A stretch of DNA of 64,000 nt from Leucoraja erinacea (GCF_028641065.1 NC_073377.1:144832001-144896000), one strand, 5' to 3'. Numbered from the stretch's first letter, positions 27,001 to 39,128 are shown. Numbers and translations: made by a program. Notes: generated from the sequence alone by a model not told the origin.

Positions 27001-27745
27001 TCCTCAGCATGATATAATCAATTCTTTGACTTACAAAGACTGAGAAGCCCGTTCCTGTGGCTGGGGTTGTTAAACCAACCATGAACGTGCTCGCTGCATA
27101 TCGCAGGGATAGCACCAAAAAATATCAATATTTCCTCATAAGGAGATGAGAGGTATTTGTTTTATAATTATATTACATATTCGGCACGGATGACCGACGT
27201 CTTGTAGTTCAGGCTCATATGAGGGCTCGACAAATCATGATGTCTAAAGTGCCATCTACTATACCTAAGTGCTTCATCCTACTGGCTGGGAGGAGTAGAA
27301 TCCACTCTGGGGGGTCACCCTCTGAGCTCTAGATTATGAAGGAAATCTGCAACTCGAAAACTCCCAGGCCTAGGGACGCAGAGAAATGGGGTGTTAACGT
27401 TGTGCTAATTCGCTTCGCTGAAGGGCTCCAGCTACATCCCTGTCCTTGGGCTAACTCACATATAAGTGGTTATGCTCATAGCCCTGCATGCAGCACTACG
27501 GCTCCAGTTATTACATAAACGTTGACTGGATAGGATGATTATATCTGCAGGCTAAATAACACTTATGTTATGACTTAGTCAAGCAGTATAGACCAGGGGC
27601 ACCAGATCTCAAACTAGATGTTCACATATCCTTTGAACCTTCGATTGTGTATGGTCACACATCTACACCAGAATGTTAGATCACTAGAGCCTAGAGACTA
27701 TGAACTAGCAATATTGTTAGTTACATCTAGCGTCAAAAGAAGGTA
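24011..27745 (+). mobile_element. Degenerate DIRS-like tyrosine-recombinase retrotransposon, 3'-truncated
   Basis: Start TTTTACTTCGGAGTCACGTGAGTGACTACGTGAAG. RT remnant (Q)NRLTSVSRLFTK ~25935-25975. Methyltransferase-like remnant FYVFLHFCLIRRVCKIQQ...IVP..SQPWFP (26808-27017). YR N-terminal-like RDSTKKY ~27100. Many stops and frameshifts. Confidence 0.75.
24555..25195 (+). repeat. GC-rich tandem repeats inside DIRS (~33-38 bp units, then ~57 bp units)
   Basis: Recurrent GGGAAGACCACGGGTAACCCAGCTTC, then CGGGTAGAACCGTGCTTGGGGGAAACCTCAGCCACGGGGACCGTG. Confidence 0.85.
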
Positions 27746-28077
27746 TAGAAACATAAAAACATAGAAATTAGGTGCAGGAGTAGGCCATTCTGCCCTTCGA
27801 GCCTGCACCGCCATTCAATATGATCATGGCTGATCATACAACTCAGTATCCCGTACCTGCCTTCTCTCCATACCCTCTGATCCCCTTAGCCACTAGGGCC
27901 ACATATAACTCCCTCTTAAATATAGCCAATGAACTGGCCTCGACTACCCTCTGCGGCAGAGAGTTCCAGAGATTCACCACTCTCTGTGTGAAAAAAGTTC
28001 TTCTCATCTCGGTTTTAAAGGATTTCCCCCTTATCCTTAAGCTGTGACTCCTTGTCCTGGACTTCCCCAACATCGGC
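27746..28077 (-). mobile_element. Young CR1/HER1 3' fragment
   Basis: MLGKSRTRSHSLRIRG...FFTQRVVNLWNSLPQ; near-identical to the 37284 copy. Confidence 0.9.
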
Positions 28078-28309
28078 AGTAATCATCTAAATAGACTGAC
28101 AAACATCTAAACTAGGAAGGTTGTGGTATTTGAAGGCAGAAGCAAAGTGGAGGCCAAGATGGGATCAACCACGATCTAATAATTGTGGAGCAGGCTTTAA
28201 ATGTCAATTTGCCTAAACTTGCTCCTATTTTTCACATTCTATGTAGCATGATTCTATGTCACAGATCCCACTAAACAACAGATGGTACAGGAAAAAGTTG
28301 TAGAGTAAT

Positions 28310-28897
28310 ATGATGACACAAGGAATTGCAGATACTTAAATCTTAAACAAATAAACTGCTGCAATAAGTGAACGGGTCAGGCACTATCTCTAAAGAACAT
28401 GAATAAGGGAGAGGGGGGTGGGATAGTGGGAGAAAGGGGTGTGTACCCAGGTGCAGTACTGAGAAGGGAAAGGGAAGAAAAAAAGGAGGCTAGGGGGTCA
28501 TTGCTGGTTTGTTATCTAAAATTGGAGAATTCAGTATTCACACCATTGGGTTGTACAATGTGCTGTTCCTCCAGCTTGCTTGTGGCCTCACTTTGGCAAT
28601 GAAGGAACCCCTGGACAAGAAGATCGGAATGGGAAGGGGTGTTAAAATGGTTAGTAATTGGGAGATCGGGCAGGCCTTCATCCATACCCACCCTCTCCCC
28701 AATACATTCCCCTGCAACAGGAGGAGATGTAACATCGGTCCCTACACATCCTCCTTCACATGCAACCCCCATGCAACCTTTCCAGGTGAGAGGTGCACCT
28801 CCTCTAACTTCATCTACTGCATTTGGTGCTCTTACATCCGTAATGCCAGCAGACTAGACAACCGGTTCTGCCAAACATGCATGCTCAGTCTGCCAAG
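28310..28897. mobile_element. Penelope fragment with internal inversion
   Basis: GIY-YIG C-terminal half on - (28512-28678) and N-terminal half on + (28680-28897). Confidence 0.75.
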
Positions 28898-30045
28898 TTC
28901 TGACAACACTTAGCTGGTCAGCCTGCATTGGGGTGCCCCCTCTCATTGGTACGGAAAATTTGCATTTTTCAGCTTGAAATTGTGCAATATGGTGCATACT
29001 GTAGCGAGTCTTATAACTTACACTTGAATGCAATATATATGCTTTAAATTGTATTGGAGCGTTTTTGAAAGGGGGGAGACTGTGCGATCACTGATCACTG
29101 GCCTTGGGGGTACCCGGTGAGGGAGTGGAGCAACCGAGTGGGTAGAGGGTGTGGAAGAAGGGTGTGTCCCCCTCCCAGGGTAGGAACTTTTTGAAATTTG
29201 ATGTATTAAAATCATGTTTTAGTGCTCAGTAGAAGTATGATTTCAATGTTTTTTGTATGAAGTATTTTTAAGAGGTAACTTTTTAAGGGGTAATTTTATC
29301 CACGCAAATGGTGATGGGCGTATGGAAGAAGCTGCCAGAGGAGGTAGTTGAGGCAGGGACCATCCCAACATTTAAGAAAAAGTTAGACTGATACATGGAT
29401 AGGACAGGTTTGGAGGTATGGACCAAAAGCAGGTGGCGTAGCTGGGACATGTTGGCGGGTGTGGGCAAGTTGCACCGAAGGGCCTGTTTTCACACTGTAT
29501 CACTCTATGACTACATTATACCTCCACCATGCATGAATGCTTCAAAATCAGGTGATCGACTTTTATTGCCATATACTCAAGCATATAAACATAGAAAATA
29601 GGTGCAGGAATAGGCCATTTGGCCCTTCGAGCCTGCACTGCCATTCAATATTATCATGGCTATTCATCTAAAATCAGTACCTTTTTCCTGTTTTTTCCCC
29701 ATATCCCTTGATGTCATTAGCCCCAAGAACTAAATGTAACTCTCTCTTGAAAACATCCAGTGAATTGTCCTGCACTTCCTTCTGTGGCAGAGAATACCAC
29801 AGATTCACAACTCTCTGCATGAAGAAAGTTTGTTCTCCTCCCAGGCCTAACTCCCCCCCCCCCCCCCCCCGCCCCCTTTATTCTTAAACTGTGACCCATG
29901 GTTCTGAACGCCCCCAACATCGGGAACATTTTTCCTGCCGTTTACAGTAAGTGAAAATCTAGCAGGCAAGCAGGATGCTTTCACCAACCACCCCCATTTG
30001 AAGTCCACTATCTTTCATCGTATCTACCCAGTGCTTGGTACTTAC

Positions 30046-31221
30046 TTCCAGCAGCCACTGGTTGTCCTCCAGGATGCACCGAGCAGCAGCCTGATCCATA
30101 CCGGTCACCAGGGCAAATTCGACACAGAGACTCTCTCTCTCTCCCCCCTCTCTTCCTCCAGCGCCTACTCTCCTCACAGACACCCCCCCCCCCTCTCTCG
30201 CCCCTATCTCTCCCCCCCCCTCTCTTTCCCCTCTCTCTTTATCCTCCTCTCTGTCTCTCGTCTCACCCTCTCTCTCTCCCCGTCTCCCCCCTCTCACTCT
30301 CTCCCCTTCCCTCTCTTCTCTCTCTCCCCCCTCTCATCCCCCCCCTCTCTCCCCTCCCCCCCTCTCCCCTCTCTCCCTCCCCTTACTCTTCCCCCTCCTC
30401 TCTTGTCCCCTCCCTCTTACTCTTCCCCCTCTCGCTTGTCCCCTCTCCTCCCTCTCCATCTCTCTCCCCTCTCTTTCCCCTAAACTCTCTTTCCCCTAAC
30501 TCTCTCTCTCCCCCTCTCTTTCTTTCTCTCTCTCTCTCCCTCTTCTCTCTTCCCCCTCGCTTCCCCCCCCCCCAACTCTTTCTCCCTCCCTCTATCTCTC
30601 CCCCTATCTCTCCCTCTCCACACACTCTCCCCTCTCTCTCTGTCTCTCCTCTCTCCTCTCTCTCCTCCTCTCTTCCCCATTTCTCCCTCCTACCTTACCC
30701 TCTCTCTCTCCCCTCCTCTCTCTCTCTCCCCTCTCTTCCACGTTCCCTCTCTCCCCCTCTCTTTGTCTCTATCTCTCTTTTTCTTTGCTCCCCTATCTCT
30801 CTCTTTCCCCCTCTCCCCCCTCTCTCTTTACCATCTCCCTCTCTCTCCCCATTCTCTCCTACCCTCTCCACCTCCTCTCTCTCTTGTCCCTCTTAAAATC
30901 TTTCTTCCCTCTCACCCCCTCTCATCCACTCCCCCCCTCTCCCACCACACTCTCCCCTGCAACTCTCTCCCCCTACACTCTCTCTCCACATCCCCCCTCT
31001 CCCTTTCCTCTCTCTCTCCATTCACTCCCCCCCTCTCTCCCCTCTCTCTCCTCTCACCCCCCACTCTCTCCCCACTGTCTCCCTGTCTCCTTCCCCTCTC
31101 TCTCTCTCTCCACCTCCCTTTGAGAGTCTGTCCCTTCGGCACAGAGACTCTCGCGGCAGCGGCAGCGGTGCGCTTCCGACGCCCCCAACGCCCGGGACAT
31201 TCACTGTCCGGAGCGCTCCAT
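30046..31221 (-). pseudogene. TDP2: TDP2 exon-1-like fragment (UBA-like N-terminus) with retained splice donor, split by a ~1 kb CT-rich insertion
   Basis: 31221-31135 reads MERSGQ*MSRALGASEAHRCRCRESLCAE. 30135-30046 reads ESLCVEFALVTGMDQAAARCILEDNQWLLE followed by GTAAGT. This resembles human TDP2 LLCVEFASVASCDAAVAQCFLAENDWEME. No further TDP2 exons seen. Confidence 0.75.
30136..31134. repeat. CT-rich polypyrimidine low-complexity tract (~1 kb)
   Basis: Direct reading; flanked by an 18-bp near-perfect direct repeat. Confidence 0.95.
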
Positions 31222-31359
31222 GGCCAGAGCTGCAGCGAGCGACACGCCGGCCCCGGCAAACACTCGTCCGTCCCGGCTCCCCGCATCTGTTCCGCCGCTG
31301 GTTCTGCTCCCATCCCTCCCGCAGCCCCGGCTCTCCAACACCCGCGGACCACGCAGTTT

Positions 31360-31495
31360 ATCCGAGTTTTGAAATTTTCGTTGATCACAAAATTTCTCCC
31401 CACTGAGCGTGAGAAATTTCTGATGAGCGTGAGGGCGTGAGAGTTTGCTTGAGGGCGTGAGTCTCACGCTCAAAGCGTGAGAGTTGGCAGCCCTG
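31360..31495. mobile_element. hAT-type transposon terminus with subterminal repeats
   Basis: GAGTTGGCAGCCCTG at 31481-31495 (rc CAGGGCTGCCAACTC); six GCGTGAG/CTCACGC motifs in 31407-31481. Confidence 0.65.
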
Positions 31496-31786
31496 CAAGA
31501 GCAATATGAGAGTAATTACAGATATGGCTGGAACAATCACAGAATTTTGTCTCCCCCCCCCAAGGGTTGCAAGTATAAACATTTATCAGGGCAAGAATAT
31601 CTGTACGCAGATAATCCATCTGCAGAACAAGGTAAAGTGAATTAGTGCACAGAAATATGATGGTAGATTACAGTTTCCCTATAAAGTTATTAAGCAATCT
31701 GCCAAAACACTTTGCCTATGGCACACATTGAAATTATATTCAATGCAAACAAGTGGGATATGTTTCAAAATAAGAAACACACTTAA

Positions 31787-32056
31787 GATAGAAACAAAGT
31801 GCTGGAGTAACTCAGTGGGTCAAGCAGCATCTCTGGAGGTGACGTTTCGGGTTAGGACCCTTGTGTCAGACTGAAGATAGGGGGGTGTTACAGGGGATGC
31901 TGATGGCAAAGAGAAAAGTTCAGAAGCACTCAGGGCTAGCACCTCAGACAGGGAGATACCCTGGTTGTTGGCTCGGAAATGTGTGATCTCAAGAGGGATA
32001 CAAGGTGGTGAACTGTGCAACTGGTTTATATGACTAGGGTGGAGGAGTGGGGCAAG

Positions 32057-32093
<37 letters not shown>

Positions 32094-33900
32094 GGGGAGG
32101 GAGGGGAGTGTAAATAGAGATAATTCGAGAATTCATCATTCATACCACTGGGTTTGGAGCTACCCAAGGGGAAAATGAGGTGATGTTCTTCCAATTTGTG
32201 TGTGGCCTCACTCTGGTAAAGGATGAGGCACTGGACAGAAAGGTCAGTAAGGGAATGGGAAGTGGAGTAAAAATGTTTAGCAAACAGGAGATCCCTTAAG
32301 TCTCAAGGGACCAAATGTAAGTAGTTAATGAAACAGTCAACGAGTCTATGTTTGATTTCACCGATATATTGGAACCCACTTTGGGAATACCAGATTCAGT
32401 AGATGAGTAGAGAGGAGATACTTGTGAACCTCTGTCAAAACTGAAACAAAATACTGTAAAATTCTGAAAATCCTGAATTTTAAGGAATACCATGATGCTG
32501 GTCTGGCAGATTTCATGAATATGTCATTAGCACAGAATTAGGCCAGTCGGCCCAACGAGTCGACTCCACTGTTCAATCATGGCTGATTTATCTTTTCCTC
32601 TCAACCCCATTCTCCTGCCATCTTCCCATTATCTTTGACACCCTTACTTATCAAGAAAATATCAATCTCGGCTTTAAAAATACCCAATTGTGTGGCCTCA
32701 GATTCACCACCCTCCGGCTAAAGAAACTCCTCCTCATCTCCTTTCTAAAGATATGTCCTTTTATCTGAGGCTGTGCCCTCTGGTCCTAGACTCCCCCACT
32801 AGTGGAAACATCCTCTCCGTATTCTCTCAATCTTGGCCTTTCACTGCTGGGTAACTTCAATCTTTCTAAACTCCAGCGAGTACAAGCCCAGAGCCATAAA
32901 ATGCATGTTAAACCAATTTTAATTTACAGGTTGCAGGGGAGTATAATACATTTTATAGTGCTTTGGGTGAATTAAAAAAAAAGAGCTTGTTAAATGAAAC
33001 CCCATGAGTTTAAAAGGAGTGTAGGAAATGAGACCGAGGTGAATTATTGGGAGCATGGAGACAGGGCCCTGATGAATATAAAGGCTGAGTGAGAAACAGG
33101 GTCCCAAAGTGTTAAAGGAAACACAGGAATCAGGTCACCCCTGAGTTTAAAGGGAGTTCAGGATGCAGAACAAGATGAGCCGGATGCTAAAGCATTACTA
33201 TTTACATTAAAGGGGCTGTCCCACTTGGGCGACCTAATTGGCGAGTTTAGAAGAGTTTGAAAAAAATGACATGTTGAAGACCTCCTTCAACTATGTTGAA
33301 GACTAGCTTCGACTAGCTTCGACTAGCTACGGGAAAATTGAACACCGAATAGCGGAGAGTGAAGACTACCTCCTTCGATCTCCTTCGACCTCCCTTCAAC
33401 TATAATGAAGACTATCTACGACTACCTTGGAGTCGAGGGAAGAGGTACAAGGATAGGTGTTGCATCTTCTGCAGTTACTGGGGAACGTATCTGGGGAGGT
33501 GGTGGTTTGGGTGGGAAAGGATGAGTGAACCAAGGATTTGCAGAGGGAGCGGACCGGCAGAAGGTTAAAAGGGGTTGAGTTGGTATGCAGTTATTAGTGG
33601 TGGGATCCCATGGATGGTGAGGGAAATGTTGGAGGATAGCATGTTGGATGCAGAGGCTGGTGGGGTGAAAGATGAGGAGCAGGGGAACAGTCCTGGTTAC
33701 ATCTGGGGGGAGGGGGAGCGAGAGCAGAGCTATGGGACACAGAGGAGATACTTGTGAGGGCCTCATCTATGACAGAGGGGAGAAACCCACGCTCCTTGAA
33801 GAATGCTGATATCTCAGATGTCTTAGTACGGAACACCTCATTTTGAGAGCAGATGCGGCAGAGACAGAAGTATTGAGAATAGGGAACAGCATCTTTGCAT
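31787..33900 (-). mobile_element. Penelope element interrupted by an inverted duplication (32444-33428)
   Basis: EEHHLIFPLGSSKPSGMN (GIY-YIG end) on the left. FFKERGF...IDEAL and VPLLLIFHPTSL on the right of the insertion. Confidence 0.8.
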
Positions 33901-35343
33901 CTTTAGAATAGCATATTTTCTATAAGGAACATACTCAGTGGGCATCTGTGCTGTCAACCTGTGAGGTGGGCGCAGGTTTGAGTAATATATATCACATGAT
34001 TGTGATACAAGGGCAGAATTAATGAAATTGAGAAGAGAGCATTTTGAGAAATATTCCACTGACAACTCTGATAGCTATCCGACTTAAGGGCCTGTCCCAC
34101 TTGGGCGACCTAATCCGCGAGTTCTGGCCACTTTGCTCTCAGCTCATATTCGCAGCATGGTTGACATGAGGTCGTAGGAGGTCTTCGTAACTCTCCTTCA
34201 TGTTCAAGAGTGGTCTCCGCGTACTCGAGGCTTCAGCTAGGTCGCCATGGAAAAAATCAATACTTTTTTTACTTGTAGGTTTAGTCGTAGTAGGTTGTAG
34301 TAGATTGATATGTTAGTCATAGGTAATCGACGGTAGTCGAAGGTAGTCGTAGATAGTCTTCATCATAGTTGAAGGGAGGTCGAAGGAGATCGAAGGAGGT
34401 AGTCTTCACTCTCCGCTATTCGGTGTCCAATTTTCCCGTAGCTAGTCGAAGCTAGTCTTCAACATAGTCGAAGGAGGTCTTCAACATGTCATTTTTTTCA
34501 AACTCTTCTAAACTCACCAATTAGGTCGCCCAAGTGGGACAGCCCCTTTAATGTAAATAGCAATGCTTTAGCATCCGGCTCATCTTGTTCTGCATCCTGA
34601 ACTCCCTTTAAACTCAGGGGTGACGTGATTCCTGTGTTTCCTTTAACACTTTGGGACCCTGTTTCTCACTCAGCCTTTATATTCATCAGAGCCCTGTCTC
34701 CATGCTCCCAATAATTCACCTCGGTCTCATTTCCTACACTCCTTTTAAACTCATGGGGTTTCATTTAACAAGTTCTTTTTTTTTAAATTCACCCAAAGCA
34801 CTATAAAATGTATTATACTCCCCTGCAACCTGTAAATTAAAATTGGTTTAACATGCATTTTATGGCTCTGGGCTTGTACTCGCTGGAGTTTAGAAAGATT
34901 GAAGTTACCCAGCAGTGAAAGGCCAAGATTGAGAGAATACGGAGAGGATGTTTCCACTAGTGGGGGAGTCTAGGACCAGAGGGCACAGCCTCAGATAAAA
35001 GGACATACCTTTAGAAAGGAGATGAGGAGGAATTTCTTTAGCCAGAGGGTGGTGAATCTGTGGAATTCATTGCCATAGACAGCTCTGGAGGCCACACAAT
35101 TGGGTATTTTTAAAGCCGAGATTGATATTTTCTTGATAAGTAAGGGTGTCAAAGATAATGGGGAGATGGCAGGAGAATGGGGTTGAGGAGAAAAGATAAA
35201 TCAGCCATGATTGAACGGTGGAGTCGACTCGTTGGGCCGACTGGCCTAATTCTGTGCTAATGACATATTCATGAAATCTGCCAGACCAGCATCATGGTAT
35301 TCCTTAAAATTCAGGATTATCAGAATTTTACAGTATTTTGTTT
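32444..35343. repeat. Inverted duplication: arms 32444-33428 and 34340-35343
   Basis: The arms read as near-exact reverse complements, including non-TE sequence. Confidence 0.92.
34087..34547. mobile_element. PIF/Harbinger-type MITE
   Basis: AGGGCCTGTCCCACTTGGGCGACCTAAT...ATTAGGTCGCCCAAGTGGGACAGCCCCT; TTA TSD. Confidence 0.85.
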
Positions 35344-35916
35344 TGCGGACAAAAAAAGTTTTATATATAGTAAAAAATCAAATGGGATTATCATAGAACC
35401 CATTGATATGATAATAGGTAATAGAATAATAGAATTGTGCCTGTGCTGAAAGAACTATCCAATTAATCCTCCTTGCCTGCTATGTTCCCATATATTGTGA
35501 AGACAAGAATCATTCTTTTAACTAATCCTTTCCTTCAGAGGTTACTGGTGTAAACTGCTTCCACCCAGCCTTTTTGACAGTTCATTTAATTCACAGCAAT
35601 TCATTGATTTAAAAAAATAAACCCCTTATGTTGTTTCAAGTTGTTTTGTCAATCACATTGTTTCTTTTAACCTTCTTTCCTCCAAAAATAACCTTAGAAT
35701 TTCTAAGCCTTGATGCTGCCAAGCATTAAGTTAACCTCATTAATGCAATTTTTAATCATCAGATGAGCAGTACTCCTAGTAACGAATCAAAGGAGACTTT
35801 TAGTCATTTAAAAATAGCCACTCACTATTAAACTTTGATTTCTGTGGCTCAGACAATTTTCTATCCATATAGCCAATGTTTCATTGTTCTAGATCATGAG
35901 ATGTGGACATCATGAA

Positions 35917-36240
35917 GGCGGCACGGTGGCGCAGCGTTAGAGTTGCTGCCTTACAGCTCCTTGCAATGCTGGAGACGCGGGTTCAATCCCGACTACGGGT
36001 GCTGTCTGTACGGAGTTTGTACGTTCTCCCCGTGACCACGTGCGTTTTTCTCCGGGATCTTCGGTTTCTTCGCACATTCCAAAGATACAGGTTTGTAGGT
36101 TAATTGGCTTGGTATAAGTGTAACTTGTCCCAAGTGCGTGTAGGGTACTGTTAATGTGTGGGTATCGCTGGTCGGTGTGGATTTGGTGGGCCGAAGGGCC
36201 TGTTTCCGCATTGTATCTCTAAACTCAACACTAAACTAAA
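35917..36240 (+). mobile_element. HE1-like V-SINE
   Basis: A/B boxes, V-domain and (CTAAA)n tail. Confidence 0.85.
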
Positions 36241-36626
36241 TCGTTGGCTTGGTCTCCAAGAATAAATGGCTGGGACAATTCATAGGACAGTTAGAGTCGT
36301 CAATATTGATACAGAATGAAGCAGATGGCAGAATTCCTTCCTTTAAAGCTCAGAATGCCAACCAACAATCCCTGCTCATTATCAGAGTTTTACTGTAGGT
36401 AGATCTGAATTCATCTGAAGTTCTGGAGCAACTCAGTGGTTTAGGCAACATATCTGGAGGAAAAGGGTGGGTGCCTTTTTGTGTTATGACCCTTCCGAGT
36501 CTGAAGAAGGGTCCTAACTTGAAACGTCACTTTTTTTTTTTCTCCAGAGATACTGCCTGACCTGCTGAGTTACTCCAGCACTTTGTGTCTATCTTTGAGA
36601 TAAACCAGCTGTTTCAGATCTGCTTA

Positions 36627-37001
36627 CAGTAAAACTCTGATAATCTGTTTAAAATTCTCAGAATTCCCATTAGTTTGGGCTCACCATGTAAGACTTGCTG
36701 CATTCCCTTCCACTCACCTGTCTTCCCACACTTCTGTCAACTCAACCGGAGTCCCAGTATTCACACATCCTTCCACTCACCTATCCCTTCCGATTAACTG
36801 GTGCCTCAATTATTGCCCTCTCTTCCACTCACCCAGCCCCACTTTCCATGCTCGCTTTAAATTGACCAAGTTCACTGGGAAAGTGTAACGTCTAAATATG
36901 GGCAATTAAAACATGTTGGAATATTTACAGAGAATAACTTCTTACACACAGTTCAGAATTGACCAAAGTCCTGAGAGTGCAGATTATCAAAGTTTTACTT
37001 G
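36627..37001. mobile_element. Tc1/mariner (Tigger/pogo-like) MITE
   Basis: TA|CAGTAAAACTCTGATAATCTG ... CAGATTATCAAAGTTTTACTTG imperfect TIRs. Confidence 0.55.
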
Positions 37002-37283
37002 CATTAATCTTTTCTTATTTACTTGTTTTCCCCGAGTCAAAATGGCTTGGTACAAACTTCCCTCTTTTGACAGTTTCAGATAGAACAGCATATAAAGTAA
37101 TGCAACAAATTTAGCCAACTCCAACCAAGTTTGGTATTCTTGAACACATAATCAAAGAGGTTCTCCTGGAGCCATGTTTAACATTTGATCCTTAACAAAA
37201 AGAAGACATTAAACTCTGTTATTTCTGAAACACTGCTGTGCACACATTGGGTACCAAGTCCGCTTACGCAGCAACAATGAGTA

Positions 37284-38305
37284 ACATAGAAACATAGAAA
37301 TTAGGTGCAGGAGTAGGCCATTCGGCCCTTCGAGCCTGCACCGCCATTCAATATGATCATGGCTGATTATCCAACTCAGTATCCCGTACCTGCCTTCTCT
37401 CCATACCCTCTGATCCCCTTAGCCACAAGGGCCACATCTAACTCCCTCTTAAATATAGCCAATGAACTGGCCTCAACTACCCTCTGTGGCAGAGAGTTCC
37501 AGAGATTCACCACTCTCTGTGTGAAAAAAGTTCTTCTCATCTCGGTTTTAAAGGATTTTTCCCCCTTATCCTTAAGCTGTGACCCCTTGTCCAGGACTTC
37601 CCCAACATCGGGAACAATCTTCCTGCATCTAGCCTGTCCAACCCCTTAAGTATTTTGTAAGTTTCTATAAGATCCCCTCTCAATCTCCTAAATTCTAGAG
37701 AGTATAAACCAAGTCTATCCACTTTCTTCATAAGACAGTCCTGACATCCTAGGAATCAGTCTGGTGAATCTTCTCTGCACTCCCTCCATGGCAATAATGT
37801 CCTTCCTCAGATTTGGAGACCAAAACTGTACGCAATACTCCAGGTGTGGTCTCACCAAAGACCCTGTACAACTGCAGTAGAACCTCCCTGCTCCTATACT
37901 CAAATCCTTTTGCTATGAAAGCCAACATACCATTCGCTTTCTTTACTGCCTGCTGCACCTGCATGCCTACTTTCAATGACTGGTGTACCATGACACCCAG
38001 GTCTCGCTGCATCTCCCCCTTTCCCAATCGGCCACCATTTAGATAATAGTCTGCTTTCCTGTTTTTGCCACCAAAATGGATAACCTCAAATTTATCTACA
38101 TTATACTGCATCTGCCAAACATTTGCCCCCTCACCCAGCCTATCCAAGTCACCTTGCAGTCTCCTAGCATCCTCCTCACAGCTAACATTGCCCCCCCCCA
38201 GCTTAGTGTCATCCACAAACTTGGAGATATTGCCTTCAATTCCCTCATCCAGATCATTAATATATATTGTAAATAGCTGGGGTCCCAGCACTGAGCCTTG
38301 CACTG
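37284..38305 (-). mobile_element. CR1/HER1 LINE, 5'-truncated, frameshifted RT
   Basis: QGSVLGPQLFTIYINDLD...KFVDDTKLGG (RT motifs), RPHLEYCVQFW and the 3' tail. Confidence 0.95.
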
Positions 38306-38862
38306 AGCACTGAGTACACGTCACATACTTACTAGTTGCGAAACACTTTAAGAACACCAAAGGCAATGAGCTGCTATATACATCATTGGAATTAATACAA
38401 AATTAGTCAAGTATAAATGACATAATTTAATTTTTTTTAATTTTTGTTATTGGATAGAGGAATGAGAGTCTCACCACAAAACACACAAGGTAGTTTCTCG
38501 TAGTTTCGAGACAAAGTGATCCAACCAAGCTTGTTTCCACTGCAATTTACTAAACTGCAATTCACATTTATTGGTCTGCCCTAACATCAACAACAGCTGT
38601 TGGCATTCCAAATGCTTTGAATGACTTTACGGTACCTTTCTTTAACTTGGACCGGCCAATGAAGACAAGAGAGCTGACAAAGGAAGGAAAGTTGCTGCTT
38701 CAACTTTACTATCTGTTTAATCAGTCGAGGGAAAGCCAGAAATTCTAAATGAAGTGAAAATTCAAAAACGAAATACCGGTAACTAGTCAGGCACCCAATT
38801 TCATATTTGACAATTTTATAAGCAGGACACTCAAGCACTGGACTCAGTATTAAGATTAAGGG

Positions 38863-39128
38863 CCAGAGACCCGGGTTTGATCCTGACGACGGGCGCAGTC
38901 TGTACGAGTTTGTACGTTCTCCCCGTGACCTGCATTGATTTTCACCAGATACTCCGAATTCCTCCCACACTCTAAAGATGTACAGGTTTGTCGGCTAATT
39001 GGCTTGGCATAAATGTAAAATTGGCCCTAATGTGTGTAGGGTAGTGTTAGTGTGGGGGGGATCGTTGGTCGGTGCAGACTCGGTGGACCGAAGTGCCTTT
39101 TTCTGCGCTGTACCTATAAACTAAAACT
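38863..39128 (+). mobile_element. HE1-like V-SINE (5'-truncated)
   Basis: B box, V-domain and tail. Confidence 0.8.

Noticed and set aside
29959-31473. Long ORFs (Pro/Ser/Leu- or Arg/Glu/Gly-rich) across the CT tract
   Set aside because: These are low-complexity artefacts. The TDP2 frame from 31200 stops inside the tract, although the insert plus duplication is a multiple of 3.
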